In this document: one piece after another, positions 17,825 through 27,751 of the stretch
Layout of the letters: each line of letters begins with the position of its first letter
How positions within the stretch are numbered: position 1 is the first letter of the stretch
DNA from: Candidatus Thorarchaeota archaeon
GTDB lineage: Archaea; Asgardarchaeota; Thorarchaeia; Thorarchaeales; Thorarchaeaceae
Assembly (NCBI GenBank): GCA_019057475.1
Contig: DXJO01000004.1
Span: 74,953 to 138,952, forward strand
Length of the DNA: 64,000 nucleotides
Direction of reading: 5' to 3'
Notes under the pieces: generated by a model
The model's database searches: none
What the model saw: only the letters and a program-made list of their open reading frames with translations
What the model was told of the DNA's origin: nothing
Made by a program: the position numbers and the translations under genes

Positions 17825-19414
17825 TCATGGCAATGGAGGATTGATTGAAATCCCTCGTTCCCATTGCACCTCGAAGGCGTACTCGATCTCTGCTTTCTTG
17901 CCAGCGTCCACCTTGCGGTGCCACTCCATAATTCCAAGTTCATGCTTATCGACACCAAGCTTCTCCCAGTCCGCATTCACCTCTATTGAAGTGCTGAGGC
18001 TATGGGGTATTCTATCTAATATCTCAATGTCAATCATTTGCTTGGCAAAGTTTTCGAGCTCAAGTCGATACTTGTAGCTCCTTCTCAGCTTGCCGCGAGC
18101 GATGCCTGCTTTCTCCACTTCGCGTTCAACCAGTTTCTTCTTCGCCTTGACATTGTGGGCAACGCGTGTCCCCAACTTGAACTTCTCTCTGGGGGACATC
18201 AATTCCAGGCTTGTTTCGCCAATGTACTCTCCTTCAGAGTAGACTTTGACTTTTCCAGGAAGGAGAACTGTGTCGCCGTTGGTGACTTCATCCTGAGCAA
18301 CAACCTCTGACATGGCGTCTGCGAACCAGTAGTGGAGTGTGCGTGAGTCCATCTCCTCTTCTATCAAGGTCACTGGGTGTTTCTCGCCATCAGCAGGGAC
18401 TGTGAAGGGCTTGGGTACTTCGTATACTGCAATTCCCGACACTGTTTCAGTGACTTCTGCAAACTCCTCCTCCATCTCTGGCGGGGGTGGAGGGATAGCT
18501 ACCTCCATTAGAGACGCTGATGGCATCGGTGCACGTTTAGCCATCTTCTTCCTGGCTACAGGTCTAGATGCCATCGTTGCCATCCTTCTGCGATCTTCCT
18601 CTGGATCGTAAGCCGCTATCATAAATGGCGTTGGTTCTACTGCTTCAACTGGTCGTGCCGTGGCAGTTGAAACAACTAGATCTACTTCTTCCCACTGTTC
18701 TCTTGTGCGATTCCGAACAACTGCTATTCTTCTGATTTTCGCGATCTTCGGAAGTAGGTCAATGTCGTAAGTCGGAATCCATCCTGCTCCCCTGCACTGG
18801 TATGTTACCTCAAGCTCAATGATGCCTGCCTTTGAAGCCTCCAAGCTGACCTCAACCTCGTAGAAGGTTTCGGTTCTTTTTCTAGATTCAATTGTCCCAA
18901 GGTTCTGCCTAAGAACTTGAATCTGATCGTCTATGTCCTTGAGCCTGTATTTCAGCTCTCTCAGCTTCTTCTTCGTCTGAGCAATCATCTTGCCAGAGGC
19001 ATTGTCAATCTCAGTCAGCTGCGATATTTCCGCTTCATCAGCAGCGTAGACCATTCCAAATGTGGAGGCAAACTCTCCCATCATCCCATTGAGATAGGTC
19101 AATCTACTAGTGTGCATCTCAATCTCGTCAGTAGTGGTCTTGCGATTGCCCTCAAGCTTCTTGAGTTGAGCAATCAGTTGTTTCTTGTCTTCCATTGGCT
19201 CGTAGACGGTTTCCATTCTTCTTACATCAATGCTGGAAATGGTAGCAGGTCCTTTTCCCTTGACGCGAAAACTGTCTTCTTGTGCCCACGCGGTTATCCC
19301 TGATATGAGCACCTTCTGAGCGCCGGCCGCTAAATTCGTCTGGCCTGTTCTCGTCACGCGAGCGCCATCGCGGAAGACGGTGACGTTTGATATTCTGGTT
19401 TCAAGCTCTGTCAA
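17825..19414 (-). CDS. DUF4140/DUF4139 (MuiA-like, TIGR02231) protein, copy A
   Basis: Same architecture; collinear paralog of 16218-17813; TTG start after GAGGAG. Confidence 0.9.
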   Translation of the reverse strand: MTELETRISNVTVFRDGARVTRTGQTNLAAGAQKVLISGITAWAQEDSFRVKGKGPATISSIDVRRMETVYEPMEDKKQLIAQLKKLEGNRKTTTDEIEMHTSRLTYLNGMMGEFASTFGMVYAADEAEISQLTEIDNASGKMIAQTKKKLRELKYRLKDIDDQIQVLRQNLGTIESRKRTETFYEVEVSLEASKAGIIELEVTYQCRGAGWIPTYDIDLLPKIAKIRRIAVVRNRTREQWEEVDLVVSTATARPVEAVEPTPFMIAAYDPEEDRRRMATMASRPVARKKMAKRAPMPSASLMEVAIPPPPPEMEEEFAEVTETVSGIAVYEVPKPFTVPADGEKHPVTLIEEEMDSRTLHYWFADAMSEVVAQDEVTNGDTVLLPGKVKVYSEGEYIGETSLELMSPREKFKLGTRVAHNVKAKKKLVEREVEKAGIARGKLRRSYKYRLELENFAKQMIDIEILDRIPHSLSTSIEVNADWEKLGVDKHELGIMEWHRKVDAGKKAEIEYAFEVQWERGISINPPLP

Positions 19415-19600
19415 AGTCCTCTCCTCACGCCCTTCAACCTTTGTCGCATTTATGCTTTGAGTCAGCTGCCTCCGGCCCTATTATCCCGGCTTGTCAGCAA
19501 TTGCGATTTACCTGGGTTGCCCGTCAATGAATAGGGATATATAAGCGAATATCTTATAATAAAGAATATTATCATCACTCTTGCTAGGAGACATGAAACA

Positions 19601-19864
19601 TTGACTTTGAACTGCCGGGAAGCCAATGGAGGCGCTAACCTCACACTCATGAGAGTACAACATGATGCACTTGGAAAAACCTTCAATGACATACGTCGCA
19701 AGAGATTCGAGCTTGACGAAAAAAAGGACAGAGGACACATCTCAGGACCACTCTATCAAAGGTTACTGCTCAATCTAATCGTCGGGAGCAATGGCATTCG
19801 CTCAGAGCGCGAAGATTTGGAGGGCACAATCAGCCTATTCGAATCAAGCGAGTTCGCCGCATAG
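19601..19864 (+). CDS. Small hypothetical helical protein
   Basis: AGGAG RBS at 19586-19590 and AT-rich TATA-like region upstream; coiled-coil-like sequence; start uncertain. Confidence 0.5.
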   Translation: MTLNCREANGGANLTLMRVQHDALGKTFNDIRRKRFELDEKKDRGHISGPLYQRLLLNLIVGSNGIRSEREDLEGTISLFESSEFAA

Positions 19865-19879
19865 GCATGATGGTTATGT

Positions 19880-20443
19880 TCACTTCTTTTTACCCCATGC
19901 AAATCTCGCTAGAATAACTAGCAGAGTCAATGCCAGAATTATACATGACCACTTCAGTTGAGTGAAGATGTTGGCAATACTGACAGCCAACGGCGAGAGA
20001 TTCGGGTATGACGCAATCAATGCTGCAATCGTGATATTCTCTAGATAGTCGAAGATCATGCCGAGGATGGGTATGAAAACTGCCTTCTCCATTGGGTGCC
20101 CTTCAGGAAACAATCTTGTGACGACACCAGTCAGTGCCAGGGTCATGCTCATGCCATAGGCCAACGGAAAGATTAGATCAAGAACCTGCAGCGTGGTATA
20201 CAATTGCCTACCCTGCTCGCCAAGCACAGTGAAGAGATGTTCGACATCAGCAAAAGTGTAACCTGGTCTGGTATCTAGGATTGGCAAGCCTCCGGACAGC
20301 GCCAGTATCTGGGGATGGACATATCCCATCATTACTACGGCTACAATTATCGTCAGAACGAGGAACAGCAGGAAAAATCTCAGGGTTGTCAGTTTCTTGA
20401 TATGGTCTAGGAGTTTCATCTCTCTATTCTCCGGCATTTTCAT
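19880..20443 (-). CDS. Conserved 4-TM membrane protein
   Basis: ILDTRPGYT..LGEQGRQLY..LDLIFPLAY..FDYLEN..KW pattern with four hydrophobic segments. Confidence 0.85.
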   Translation of the reverse strand: MKMPENREMKLLDHIKKLTTLRFFLLFLVLTIIVAVVMMGYVHPQILALSGGLPILDTRPGYTFADVEHLFTVLGEQGRQLYTTLQVLDLIFPLAYGMSMTLALTGVVTRLFPEGHPMEKAVFIPILGMIFDYLENITIAALIASYPNLSPLAVSIANIFTQLKWSCIILALTLLVILARFAWGKKK

Positions 20444-20528
20444 CGACTTAGTGCACCCTTTAAGAATCCGCGTGATTAACTGTCGGTGCTCAGGTGGAGG
20501 TTATTAGACTTCATCATGATTTGCTGCT

Positions 20529-20759
20529 ATGAGAGCGGAGAAGTGGCTGCTTGTCGGAGGCCAGGTCTTCAGACTCGAACGCGCTTCCATGAACCTCAGA
20601 GAAGCGATTCAGCCTGCGAGTGATTTAAGTCAAGAGAGACAGGTTGTCGTAAAAAAGAGCCGGGCAAATAAATGGATTGTATATTGGAGACACAAGAAAG
20701 ACAGATCGATGTGTCCTTCGTTCACTGAGAGTCTTATTGAGAACGATTGCGCTTGCTGA
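20529..20759 (+). CDS. Small hypothetical protein ending in CAC
   Basis: Fills intergenic gap; globular-looking beta/alpha sequence (WLLVGGQVFRL, KWIVYWR). Confidence 0.5.
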   Translation: MRAEKWLLVGGQVFRLERASMNLREAIQPASDLSQERQVVVKKSRANKWIVYWRHKKDRSMCPSFTESLIENDCAC

Positions 20760-20814
20760 ATCGCTGTTCACGGATAAGAAAGGGAATTTGGGGGCATTCA
20801 GCCCCCGAGAATAT

Positions 20815-20976
20815 TCACTCTAATTTCTCGAAATCTTTCTTAGAAGCGCCGCACATCGGACAGACCCAATCATCAGGTAGGTCTTCGAACTTCGTGCCCG
20901 CTGCAATTCCGCTGTCCTCATCGCCTTTGTCTTCGTCGTATACCCAGCCACAAACTAGACATTCCCATCGTGCCAT
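20815..20976 (-). CDS. Rubredoxin
   Basis: [11 protein letters not shown]...[17 protein letters not shown]; start ATG 20976. Confidence 0.97.
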   Translation of the reverse strand: MARWECLVCGWVYDEDKGDEDSGIAAGTKFEDLPDDWVCPMCGASKKDFEKLE

Positions 20977-21103
20977 TTTAGCATTCTCCGGTTTCAATTG
21001 AGTATTGCTCATTCAAGGTCGTAATGACCCTATGTGCATTTCTTCATTTCTGGGTCGAAGTGATAAAAGCGTTCGGTTGCGACAGCTTGGGAGTATGAAG
21101 CTG

Positions 21104-22324
21104 CTATTGGTCCTCCTCTTCCCAAAGGTCTTCTTCCAAATCGGAGAGTTTCTCTTCTTCGACATCGGGCTCTTCGGCTTCTGCAGCCTCCTCCACGACT
21201 GGTTCTTCGGAAGGCTCGGTTTCCTCCTCAGTCGTGACGGGCTCTTCTTCAGGTGGCAGCTCTACCGCCGGCTCGAGAACCTTCCCGGCACGTCTGATGA
21301 ACAACAACTCCATCACGAGAGCCACTAACGGAAAGATGAAGAGCTTTGTCAAGTCGCCCATGGCTGCTCCCAACACCGGGTTTACCGTGGGTAGTATTGG
21401 TAGTATTGTGTCTGCAAAGTAGTAGCCAGAAGCAAGGAAAAATGTGAGAGTCACTGCCAGTTCCTTTGATATCTTCCATCTTGTTTCCTTTTCAGCTCTT
21501 GAGGCCAAAGTAGATCCCACAGAGCTCATTGTGTAGAACACAAAGAATATGGTGATTGCAAAACCAACTATATCGAAGCCAAGTGTAGTGGTCTTACCTG
21601 CGTTGTAGATGAAGTATCCCGAGTAAAGGGAGATGAAAAGCCCAATCAATGCCACATTAACGAAGGTTGTCTTTTCGCGCTGGCGACCCAGGATCATCCC
21701 ATTGAAAAAGTTGAAGGCTGCTGCCACCAGAGTTCCTAACACGAGCAGGGCCAGCCTTGGCAAATTGGCTGCGAGTTCGGTGAGATTTATTGACAAGACA
21801 TACCCGAGAGCACCGAATATCACCACGTAGCAGAAGATATGGCTCATTGTGACTAGGACCTTCATTAGTCTGGAGTTCTCCCTGACATCAGCTTTTTCGG
21901 CATAGCCTAAGCTTGTTCTCGTTGAGAAGTACGCCTGGAATGAAATCCAGCCCAAGAACGCGATTCCGAAGTATACAATCATGAACACAGCGAACAAGTT
22001 GAATACGAAGTATACCTGAAGTATAATGCTGACAAGTATCCAAATGATGAACATCACTACGGACGAACCATATGACTCCTCGCTAGCGACGAATCGTTGC
22101 AGCCCAAGTAGTGACAGGATTGCAGTCAGGAGGAAGAACATTGGGAATGCTGCTGACATCAGGGTGGCATATGCCCATGCACTTGGTACGAGAAGCGCCA
22201 GTTGCTGCAACACGGTGGTCAACACTAAGCCCAACACAAAGACAATCGTGAGCCATCGGAGTCTCTTTGACTCCCAGAACATCTTTAGTCCGTTTACAAA
22301 CTTGGTTAGCATAGGAATTTCCAT
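21104..22324 (-). CDS. Polytopic membrane protein (~10-11 TM) with acidic C-terminal tail
   Basis: Repeated hydrophobic segments; Glu/Pro-rich tail ending EEDLWEEEDQ; GGAGG RBS before ATG 22324. Confidence 0.85.
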   Translation of the reverse strand: MEIPMLTKFVNGLKMFWESKRLRWLTIVFVLGLVLTTVLQQLALLVPSAWAYATLMSAAFPMFFLLTAILSLLGLQRFVASEESYGSSVVMFIIWILVSIILQVYFVFNLFAVFMIVYFGIAFLGWISFQAYFSTRTSLGYAEKADVRENSRLMKVLVTMSHIFCYVVIFGALGYVLSINLTELAANLPRLALLVLGTLVAAAFNFFNGMILGRQREKTTFVNVALIGLFISLYSGYFIYNAGKTTTLGFDIVGFAITIFFVFYTMSSVGSTLASRAEKETRWKISKELAVTLTFFLASGYYFADTILPILPTVNPVLGAAMGDLTKLFIFPLVALVMELLFIRRAGKVLEPAVELPPEEEPVTTEEETEPSEEPVVEEAAEAEEPDVEEEKLSDLEEDLWEEEDQ

Positions 22325-22367
22325 TCGACTACCTCCTGCACCATTCGAGCTAGAACAATTATCTCTT

Positions 22368-22847
22368 TTATGTTCTCCCACTCGCTTTTTTCAGTAGGAA
22401 TACGAATTCCTCCTCGAGAGTGGGAGTGAAGTCAGGCTTCTCTATTATCGTGTCAATTCTCTTGCCATTTTCGTCGAAGATCTCAATCCAGGGTATTGCC
22501 TTGACGCCCCAGTCCTCAGCTTCAGGCGGTGACGGTGGGGTTCGCCACTGATGGTCTGGGTCCAGTGCTGCAACCTTCATCGTTCCGAATACGCGCACTT
22601 CCAGACCAAGCTTCTCTTCCAAGTGCAATAGAACTGGTATTGCCTCTCTGCAGTCCTTGCACCAGCTTGCGCCTAGAATAACGACAGTTAGACCTTTCAC
22701 GAGTCCTTTCAGTTCTTTCATCGCCTGCTCGTTCAATTCGTAATTGCTGTATATCTTCATCTGCTCATCTTTCGACTCGCCCTTGGAATTCTCCAGATAT
22801 TCTCTGCACGTTAGGGCTCTGGTTCGGATTTCATCGAGGTCGACCAT
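22368..22847 (-). CDS. Thioredoxin-family protein (WCKDC)
   Basis: LGASWCKDC and AIP cis-Pro motif; start ATG 22847 (the longer track ORF overlaps the GTPase). Confidence 0.9.
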   Translation of the reverse strand: MVDLDEIRTRALTCREYLENSKGESKDEQMKIYSNYELNEQAMKELKGLVKGLTVVILGASWCKDCREAIPVLLHLEEKLGLEVRVFGTMKVAALDPDHQWRTPPSPPEAEDWGVKAIPWIEIFDENGKRIDTIIEKPDFTPTLEEEFVFLLKKASGRT

Positions 22848-22994
22848 GGCAATCAACTTCACAATGGCATACTGGTTAAGCGCTTCTACATTGTGTTTCC
22901 TTTTGTATCTCTCGGAAGTGTCACTTACTGCTTTGACCCAAGATGCCATAAGAATGCTGATAAGTGAGCTTGCGGATGGTAACGAGGCACAAGG

Positions 22995-23561
22995 ATGGTG
23001 CACGCGCTGACCGCTGAAGTCTATAAGACACTCATAGTTGGGCCCCGCAATGTAGGGAAGTCGTCTCTTGTTCGGAGATATCTTCTGGGTCGTTTCGAAA
23101 CCACCTACACTGCTACAGTGGGCGCTGACCTCAGCGTAGCGACTTTCGACTTCCCTGAAGGCACGATTGTTCTTAGTGTGGTTGATCTGGGCGGCCAGCA
23201 GACATTTGCTGCGCTTAGAAACAGATTCTATCAGGGTGCTCACCACGTTATCCTAGTATACGACAAGACTGACCGGTCTACCTTTGAGGACATTCCAAAG
23301 TGGTTTGAAACTCTAACGGAGGGCATCAGAATGCCTAGCTACATCTTCCTAGCTGGCTCCTTGGTAGCAAACAAAGCGGACCTGAAAGACGCCTCTGAAG
23401 TAACAACAGAAGAGGGTCACCAATTGGCCGACTTGCTATCCATGAAATACTTTGAAACCAGCGCGAAGACCGGAACGAATGTCGGCGAAGTCTTCATCCA
23501 CGCAGCCACGTCGTGCAGAGCTAGGGTCAAGAGCGCCATGGCTGAGCAGAGCAGCACCTAG
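22995..23561 (+). CDS. Rab/Ras-like small GTPase
   Basis: G1 GPRNVGKSS, G2 YTATVG, G3 DLGGQ, G4 NKAD, G5 ETSAK; FYQGAH, LVYD. Confidence 0.95.
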   Translation: MVHALTAEVYKTLIVGPRNVGKSSLVRRYLLGRFETTYTATVGADLSVATFDFPEGTIVLSVVDLGGQQTFAALRNRFYQGAHHVILVYDKTDRSTFEDIPKWFETLTEGIRMPSYIFLAGSLVANKADLKDASEVTTEEGHQLADLLSMKYFETSAKTGTNVGEVFIHAATSCRARVKSAMAEQSST

Positions 23562-23600
23562 TCTTTCTCTCTGACCTAGGGATTCTTTCACATCCAGTAC

Positions 23601-24980
23601 TCACTGAGTTGCCGCTGTTATCCTGCAGTCTGCAATCCTCACTGAAGGAATGAATGTGGGCGTATCAACCTCCCACCAGTAGATCTGTCTGCGGTTGTTG
23701 CCAAATGCAGTGATGTTCGCAAACATCCTGAGCATGCTGTCACTGATCCGCACGTTCTTGATTGGCTTCATCTCTCCTTTCTCTATGAGGAACATCGCAT
23801 CACGCGGAATTGTGGAGAAATCTCCGGTTTGGTAGTTGGTGAACCTTGTGTACCAGTTCGACGTGACATAGATGGTTGGCTTGTTCCCCTCTAGTAGCTC
23901 CTCAAATGAGCGATCCCCGTTCTCGAATACAATATTCGAGTTGTCAGGAAGTAGCATTTTCAAACCTTGCCCAAGTCCCACGAGGCGTGAACTTCCTGTG
24001 GACTCAGTTTCGAACATCTTGGCAGTACTCGTATTATGGACGAATGACTTGAGCACACCTTCCTCATAGATATTGAATGTCCTGGTTGGAGTGCCCTCTG
24101 CATCAAATGGCCTACTTGCCAGACCTCCTGCCATTCTTGGATCGTCGGCAACTGTTAGAAACTCCGGTCCCAGCTGCTGTCCCATCTTGTCTCCGAGTGG
24201 TGACATGCCTATCATCACCATGAATGGGTTAGCTGATCCGACCATGAAACCCATTACATTTGCAGCTACGGTAGGATTCATGACAAGATCATAGGTCCCG
24301 GGCTTGCCTTGTTTGGCACCCACCGCTTGTTTGGCCAGTCTACCTGCTTGTGCGCCAGCCTCAATCATACCACTCAGTGCTTGTGAAGGCTTGGTTCCAC
24401 ACTCAAGACCTTGCCCCGAATGGTCCAGCTCATCCATGAATGCCCTGACATTTAGGTCAAATGAGGTGCTTCGTGTTGAGCCTTCAGGACCGTAGCTCGA
24501 TCTGAAGGATTGGAATTCCTTCCCAAACTTGAGCGCGCCTGCGACTCGCTTAGCTCCTTGTGCGCGGGCGGCGTCAATGGCTGCATTGACCAAGCCTGGA
24601 GCCTTATCACTGAAGTCATCGATTTTGCTGTCGAATGTGCCAGCAATCACCTTGTAATCGTGAACGTTGTCTTCGACACCTGCGAAGAATATCGACTCGG
24701 GAAGGCGCTTTGTGAATTCAATGGTGTCATCCACTGCTTTCTTGACATCCTCCGCGCTTGACACTGACCTCTCGCTGAATCCTGTCTTTGCTCCTTCCAC
24801 AATCAGAAAGAGCTGCAGTGAAAAACTCTCCCAGCGCTTATTGATGTCTATGGCGTTCTGCGAGAATCTGATCTGGGAATTGCTGGATAACACTCCCCTA
24901 GCGATTACTCCGTCGGTTTTCTCCTTCGCATGGTCAACTGCTATGTCCACATAGGACTTGAGATCATCGAGATTAGTCAT
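23601..24980 (-). CDS. pmbA: TldE/PmbA family protein
   Basis: SQIRFSQN, SRPFDAEGTP, no HExxxH; directly downstream of tldD. Confidence 0.9.
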   Translation of the reverse strand: MTNLDDLKSYVDIAVDHAKEKTDGVIARGVLSSNSQIRFSQNAIDINKRWESFSLQLFLIVEGAKTGFSERSVSSAEDVKKAVDDTIEFTKRLPESIFFAGVEDNVHDYKVIAGTFDSKIDDFSDKAPGLVNAAIDAARAQGAKRVAGALKFGKEFQSFRSSYGPEGSTRSTSFDLNVRAFMDELDHSGQGLECGTKPSQALSGMIEAGAQAGRLAKQAVGAKQGKPGTYDLVMNPTVAANVMGFMVGSANPFMVMIGMSPLGDKMGQQLGPEFLTVADDPRMAGGLASRPFDAEGTPTRTFNIYEEGVLKSFVHNTSTAKMFETESTGSSRLVGLGQGLKMLLPDNSNIVFENGDRSFEELLEGNKPTIYVTSNWYTRFTNYQTGDFSTIPRDAMFLIEKGEMKPIKNVRISDSMLRMFANITAFGNNRRQIYWWEVDTPTFIPSVRIADCRITAATQ

Positions 24981-26410
24981 TACCCAACACCTCCAAGACG
25001 AATGTCACGGAATCTTACCTCTCCGCCTCCTGCGTACACAGGTACTCCCTGCATCGGGTCACTCTTCCCACAGGTTCCTGGGAAGTCAAATCTAAGGTTA
25101 TTCGAAACTGCATCGACCGCGCTTAGCAGGCCAACGCTTGTAGTTTCCATTACTGGTCTTCTTACCATCGTGTCTGTCAGTTCGCCGTTCTTTATCAGAT
25201 ACGCAACGCATCCCGTGTACTTTGACTGGTAGCGCCTGTCATCTATATTCCATTCCGTGAAAGATTTCATCAGGCAACCCAGCTTGACATCCTCAATCAA
25301 TTCTTCGAGCGAATGATCACCAGGCTCAAAGTAAGTGTTTGCCATTCTGATGATGGGCTCTCGATTATAACTTGAAGCTCTAGCGGAACCGTTCGAACCA
25401 GTTCCAAATTTGACGCCAAACTCCCGGTTGAGCAGGGGTTCATTTAGAATACCGTTCTTGATCAGGATTCTCTTCCTTGCCTTGACTCCCTCATCATCAT
25501 AGAGATAGAAGCCTCCTGTATTGGGTATGGTGGGGTCTTCACTGACCGTCACTGCATCACTCCCCACTCTTGATTCGCCTATCTTGAGGTCTCTCCAGAA
25601 ACTCTCGCCAGCCTGGGCTCCCTCACGGCCCATGATTCTGTCGCCCTCGCTTGGGTGGCCTACATTCTCGTGTGCGATGATTCCCGCCACCTCAGGTCCG
25701 ACTATCATGTCAATCGGGCGTTCCATCAGCTCGGGAACCTTCCTTGCTGTTAGTGCGGCTTTCTGGATGAGACGAACCTCGTCACCGAGGGTCTCAACAA
25801 CATTGCCCTCCTTTATGCGCTCCCAGCCACCAGACTGTGTCATGTCCAAGTATTTCTGTTCTGATTCTACCTTCCCCTTCGCTGTGAGCAATGTCCACAA
25901 CTTGATGTAGGAGATGTGGCCAGTGATTTCAGTTCCATCACTTGTGACGATGTATTTGTCAACGACCGTGGGATTCACGACGAGCATGAATTGGGCGAGG
26001 TCCTTCATTTGAGCGTTAAGCTCTTTGGCAGTGTCCATTAACGTATCAATGTCCACATCTGAAAGCGGCTCCTTGACATCCGTGGTCCACTTGGCCTTGT
26101 TAGCCACGGGTTCGCCCATGTCTATGTGCTCTTCTCGTTGAGCATTCCTTGCCATCTTGAGTGCAACCTGGATTGCATCTTTAGCAATCTCGCGGTCCAT
26201 TCTGTCAAAAGATGCAAAGCCCATGTTTCCGTCAACAAGAAGTCGGACTCCAATCCCCACAGACGGCTTCGTCCCACCTGAGATTGGTTCCCCGTTCCTG
26301 TATGCCAATCCTCTGGCCCGTTCATTTTCATAACGTGCCTCAACATATTTCGCGCCGAGCTCACTTCCAAGTTTCACACAGTACTCGGTTATGTCCTTTC
26401 CATCAGTCAT
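24980..26410 (-). CDS. tldD: TldD metalloprotease
   Basis: AHENVGHPSEGDR, YDDEGV, RMANTYFEPG, CGKSDPMQGVPV. Confidence 0.95.
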   Translation of the reverse strand: MTDGKDITEYCVKLGSELGAKYVEARYENERARGLAYRNGEPISGGTKPSVGIGVRLLVDGNMGFASFDRMDREIAKDAIQVALKMARNAQREEHIDMGEPVANKAKWTTDVKEPLSDVDIDTLMDTAKELNAQMKDLAQFMLVVNPTVVDKYIVTSDGTEITGHISYIKLWTLLTAKGKVESEQKYLDMTQSGGWERIKEGNVVETLGDEVRLIQKAALTARKVPELMERPIDMIVGPEVAGIIAHENVGHPSEGDRIMGREGAQAGESFWRDLKIGESRVGSDAVTVSEDPTIPNTGGFYLYDDEGVKARKRILIKNGILNEPLLNREFGVKFGTGSNGSARASSYNREPIIRMANTYFEPGDHSLEELIEDVKLGCLMKSFTEWNIDDRRYQSKYTGCVAYLIKNGELTDTMVRRPVMETTSVGLLSAVDAVSNNLRFDFPGTCGKSDPMQGVPVYAGGGEVRFRDIRLGGVG

Positions 26411-26560
26411 ACGTTGCCACCAGTTAGCTTATCGTGCTCGCATATTGAAGAAATAAATCATACGGATAAGGTGGGAGTGATAGCGTCCAGGAAATACTGG
26501 TGCCGTCTGGTCACCCAATCCTTTCGTGCACCGGTGCGACACGAAGGGGAGTGATTTGAT

Positions 26561-27073
26561 ATGCCTAAGGTCACTAAGAAGATCATCACATCATTTCCCA
26601 AGTTCAAATCTGAATGGGAGAAGGATGCAGGAAAACCCGAGAACACAATCATGTACTATTTTATCGCAGCACTCAACATTGAGAAAGATCCTGATTTGGC
26701 TGATGCGATGATGACCGTGGTTGTGTCAAAGAAGGACTGCCTTAAGAATGGAAGATCCCCTTCTGGGCTGAAGCTTGGTAGAAGTGCGAAGTATTTCATT
26801 GGACAGTTCAAGAAGAGCCCAAGGATTGCGGCGTCATATGTCGGTGGCACTCCTAAGAATGGATACAAGTTCAAAAAGAGTTCCCTGAACATGACTGTGG
26901 TCAAGAAACAGGACCATGGAACGGGTCTGAAGATATTCATCCAGAGTGGAGGCAAAGATTTCGGTACACCTTTGCAGCTTCGAAAGAACAATTCCGGGCA
27001 ATGGAAACTAACGGAGTATTCATCCGTCTGTACTGGTGTCAAGAAGACTCCTCAGGAAGAAGGCGATTTTTAG
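26561..27073 (+). CDS. Hypothetical protein (DUF6935-like)
   Basis: IAASYVGGTPKNGY, KIFIQSGG..P..L.KN..GQWK..EYSS pattern; C-terminal GDF. Confidence 0.75.
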   Translation: MPKVTKKIITSFPKFKSEWEKDAGKPENTIMYYFIAALNIEKDPDLADAMMTVVVSKKDCLKNGRSPSGLKLGRSAKYFIGQFKKSPRIAASYVGGTPKNGYKFKKSSLNMTVVKKQDHGTGLKIFIQSGGKDFGTPLQLRKNNSGQWKLTEYSSVCTGVKKTPQEEGDF

Positions 27074-27092
27074 CACTCAAAACGCGCATTCT

Positions 27093-27557
27093 TCAGGGGT
27101 TGATAGGGGCAAAGAGAGGAATTGAGTCTTCTAGGTTGCTATTGAATTCATCTCGAATCGGGAGTATGCTTGACGTTTCCATCCACATTCGCAGCTTATC
27201 TACATGTTTCCGCAATCGCAGATTGCTGCCTGCGTACCCGAGTGGGAATGCCATAGGACCGATGAGTCTCTCCTGATTGTGAGCTGTGTAGAAGCATGCT
27301 TGAAATCCCTTTGCTCCAATCTCCCGCGCCCGCTCACTTACGCTCATGACGAGGTCCAGGTCCGCGTCTGATTTCACACTCATGTAGTAAGTAGGATGGT
27401 GCGGATTCGCGGTGTCAGTGAACTTGACAACGCGAGCGCCTGAAGGAAAACGTTTGCTGACACAGGAGCGGCATTTCCATTCAGCTTCATTCACAAGCGA
27501 GTTATACACGACGTGTGTATCTTCAGTTGAGCCGCACGTGCTACATCTCATGTTCAT
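27093..27557 (-). CDS. Hypothetical protein with N-terminal Zn-finger (CxxC-x20-CxxC)
   Basis: CSTC...CRSC. Confidence 0.75.
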   Translation of the reverse strand: MNMRCSTCGSTEDTHVVYNSLVNEAEWKCRSCVSKRFPSGARVVKFTDTANPHHPTYYMSVKSDADLDLVMSVSERAREIGAKGFQACFYTAHNQERLIGPMAFPLGYAGSNLRLRKHVDKLRMWMETSSILPIRDEFNSNLEDSIPLFAPINP

Positions 27558-27751
27558 CGATTTACCCCTGTTTTCATAGAAAAAGCAGAACTTGAGATGT
27601 TATGTTCTCCTCATAATACAGCCAATCGAGCAAAAAAGCGACTGACTTGCTCAAAGCCGAGAGGAAACCCGCAGCATTGTCAATATTCAAATAGAGTTCA
27701 GCGTAATTCTTGGAGCGATGAATGTCGATATCATTCTTGGGAGTGTATCAC

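Noticed and set aside
19586-19603. Possible frameshift joining ATG 19593 to ORF 19601-19864
   Set aside because: TTG 19601 is itself acceptably spaced from the AGGAG RBS, so no frameshift is needed.
22848-23246. N-terminal extension of the thioredoxin ORF overlapping the GTPase
   Set aside because: Antisense read-through of the GTPase gene; the thioredoxin-like sequence begins at ATG 22847.
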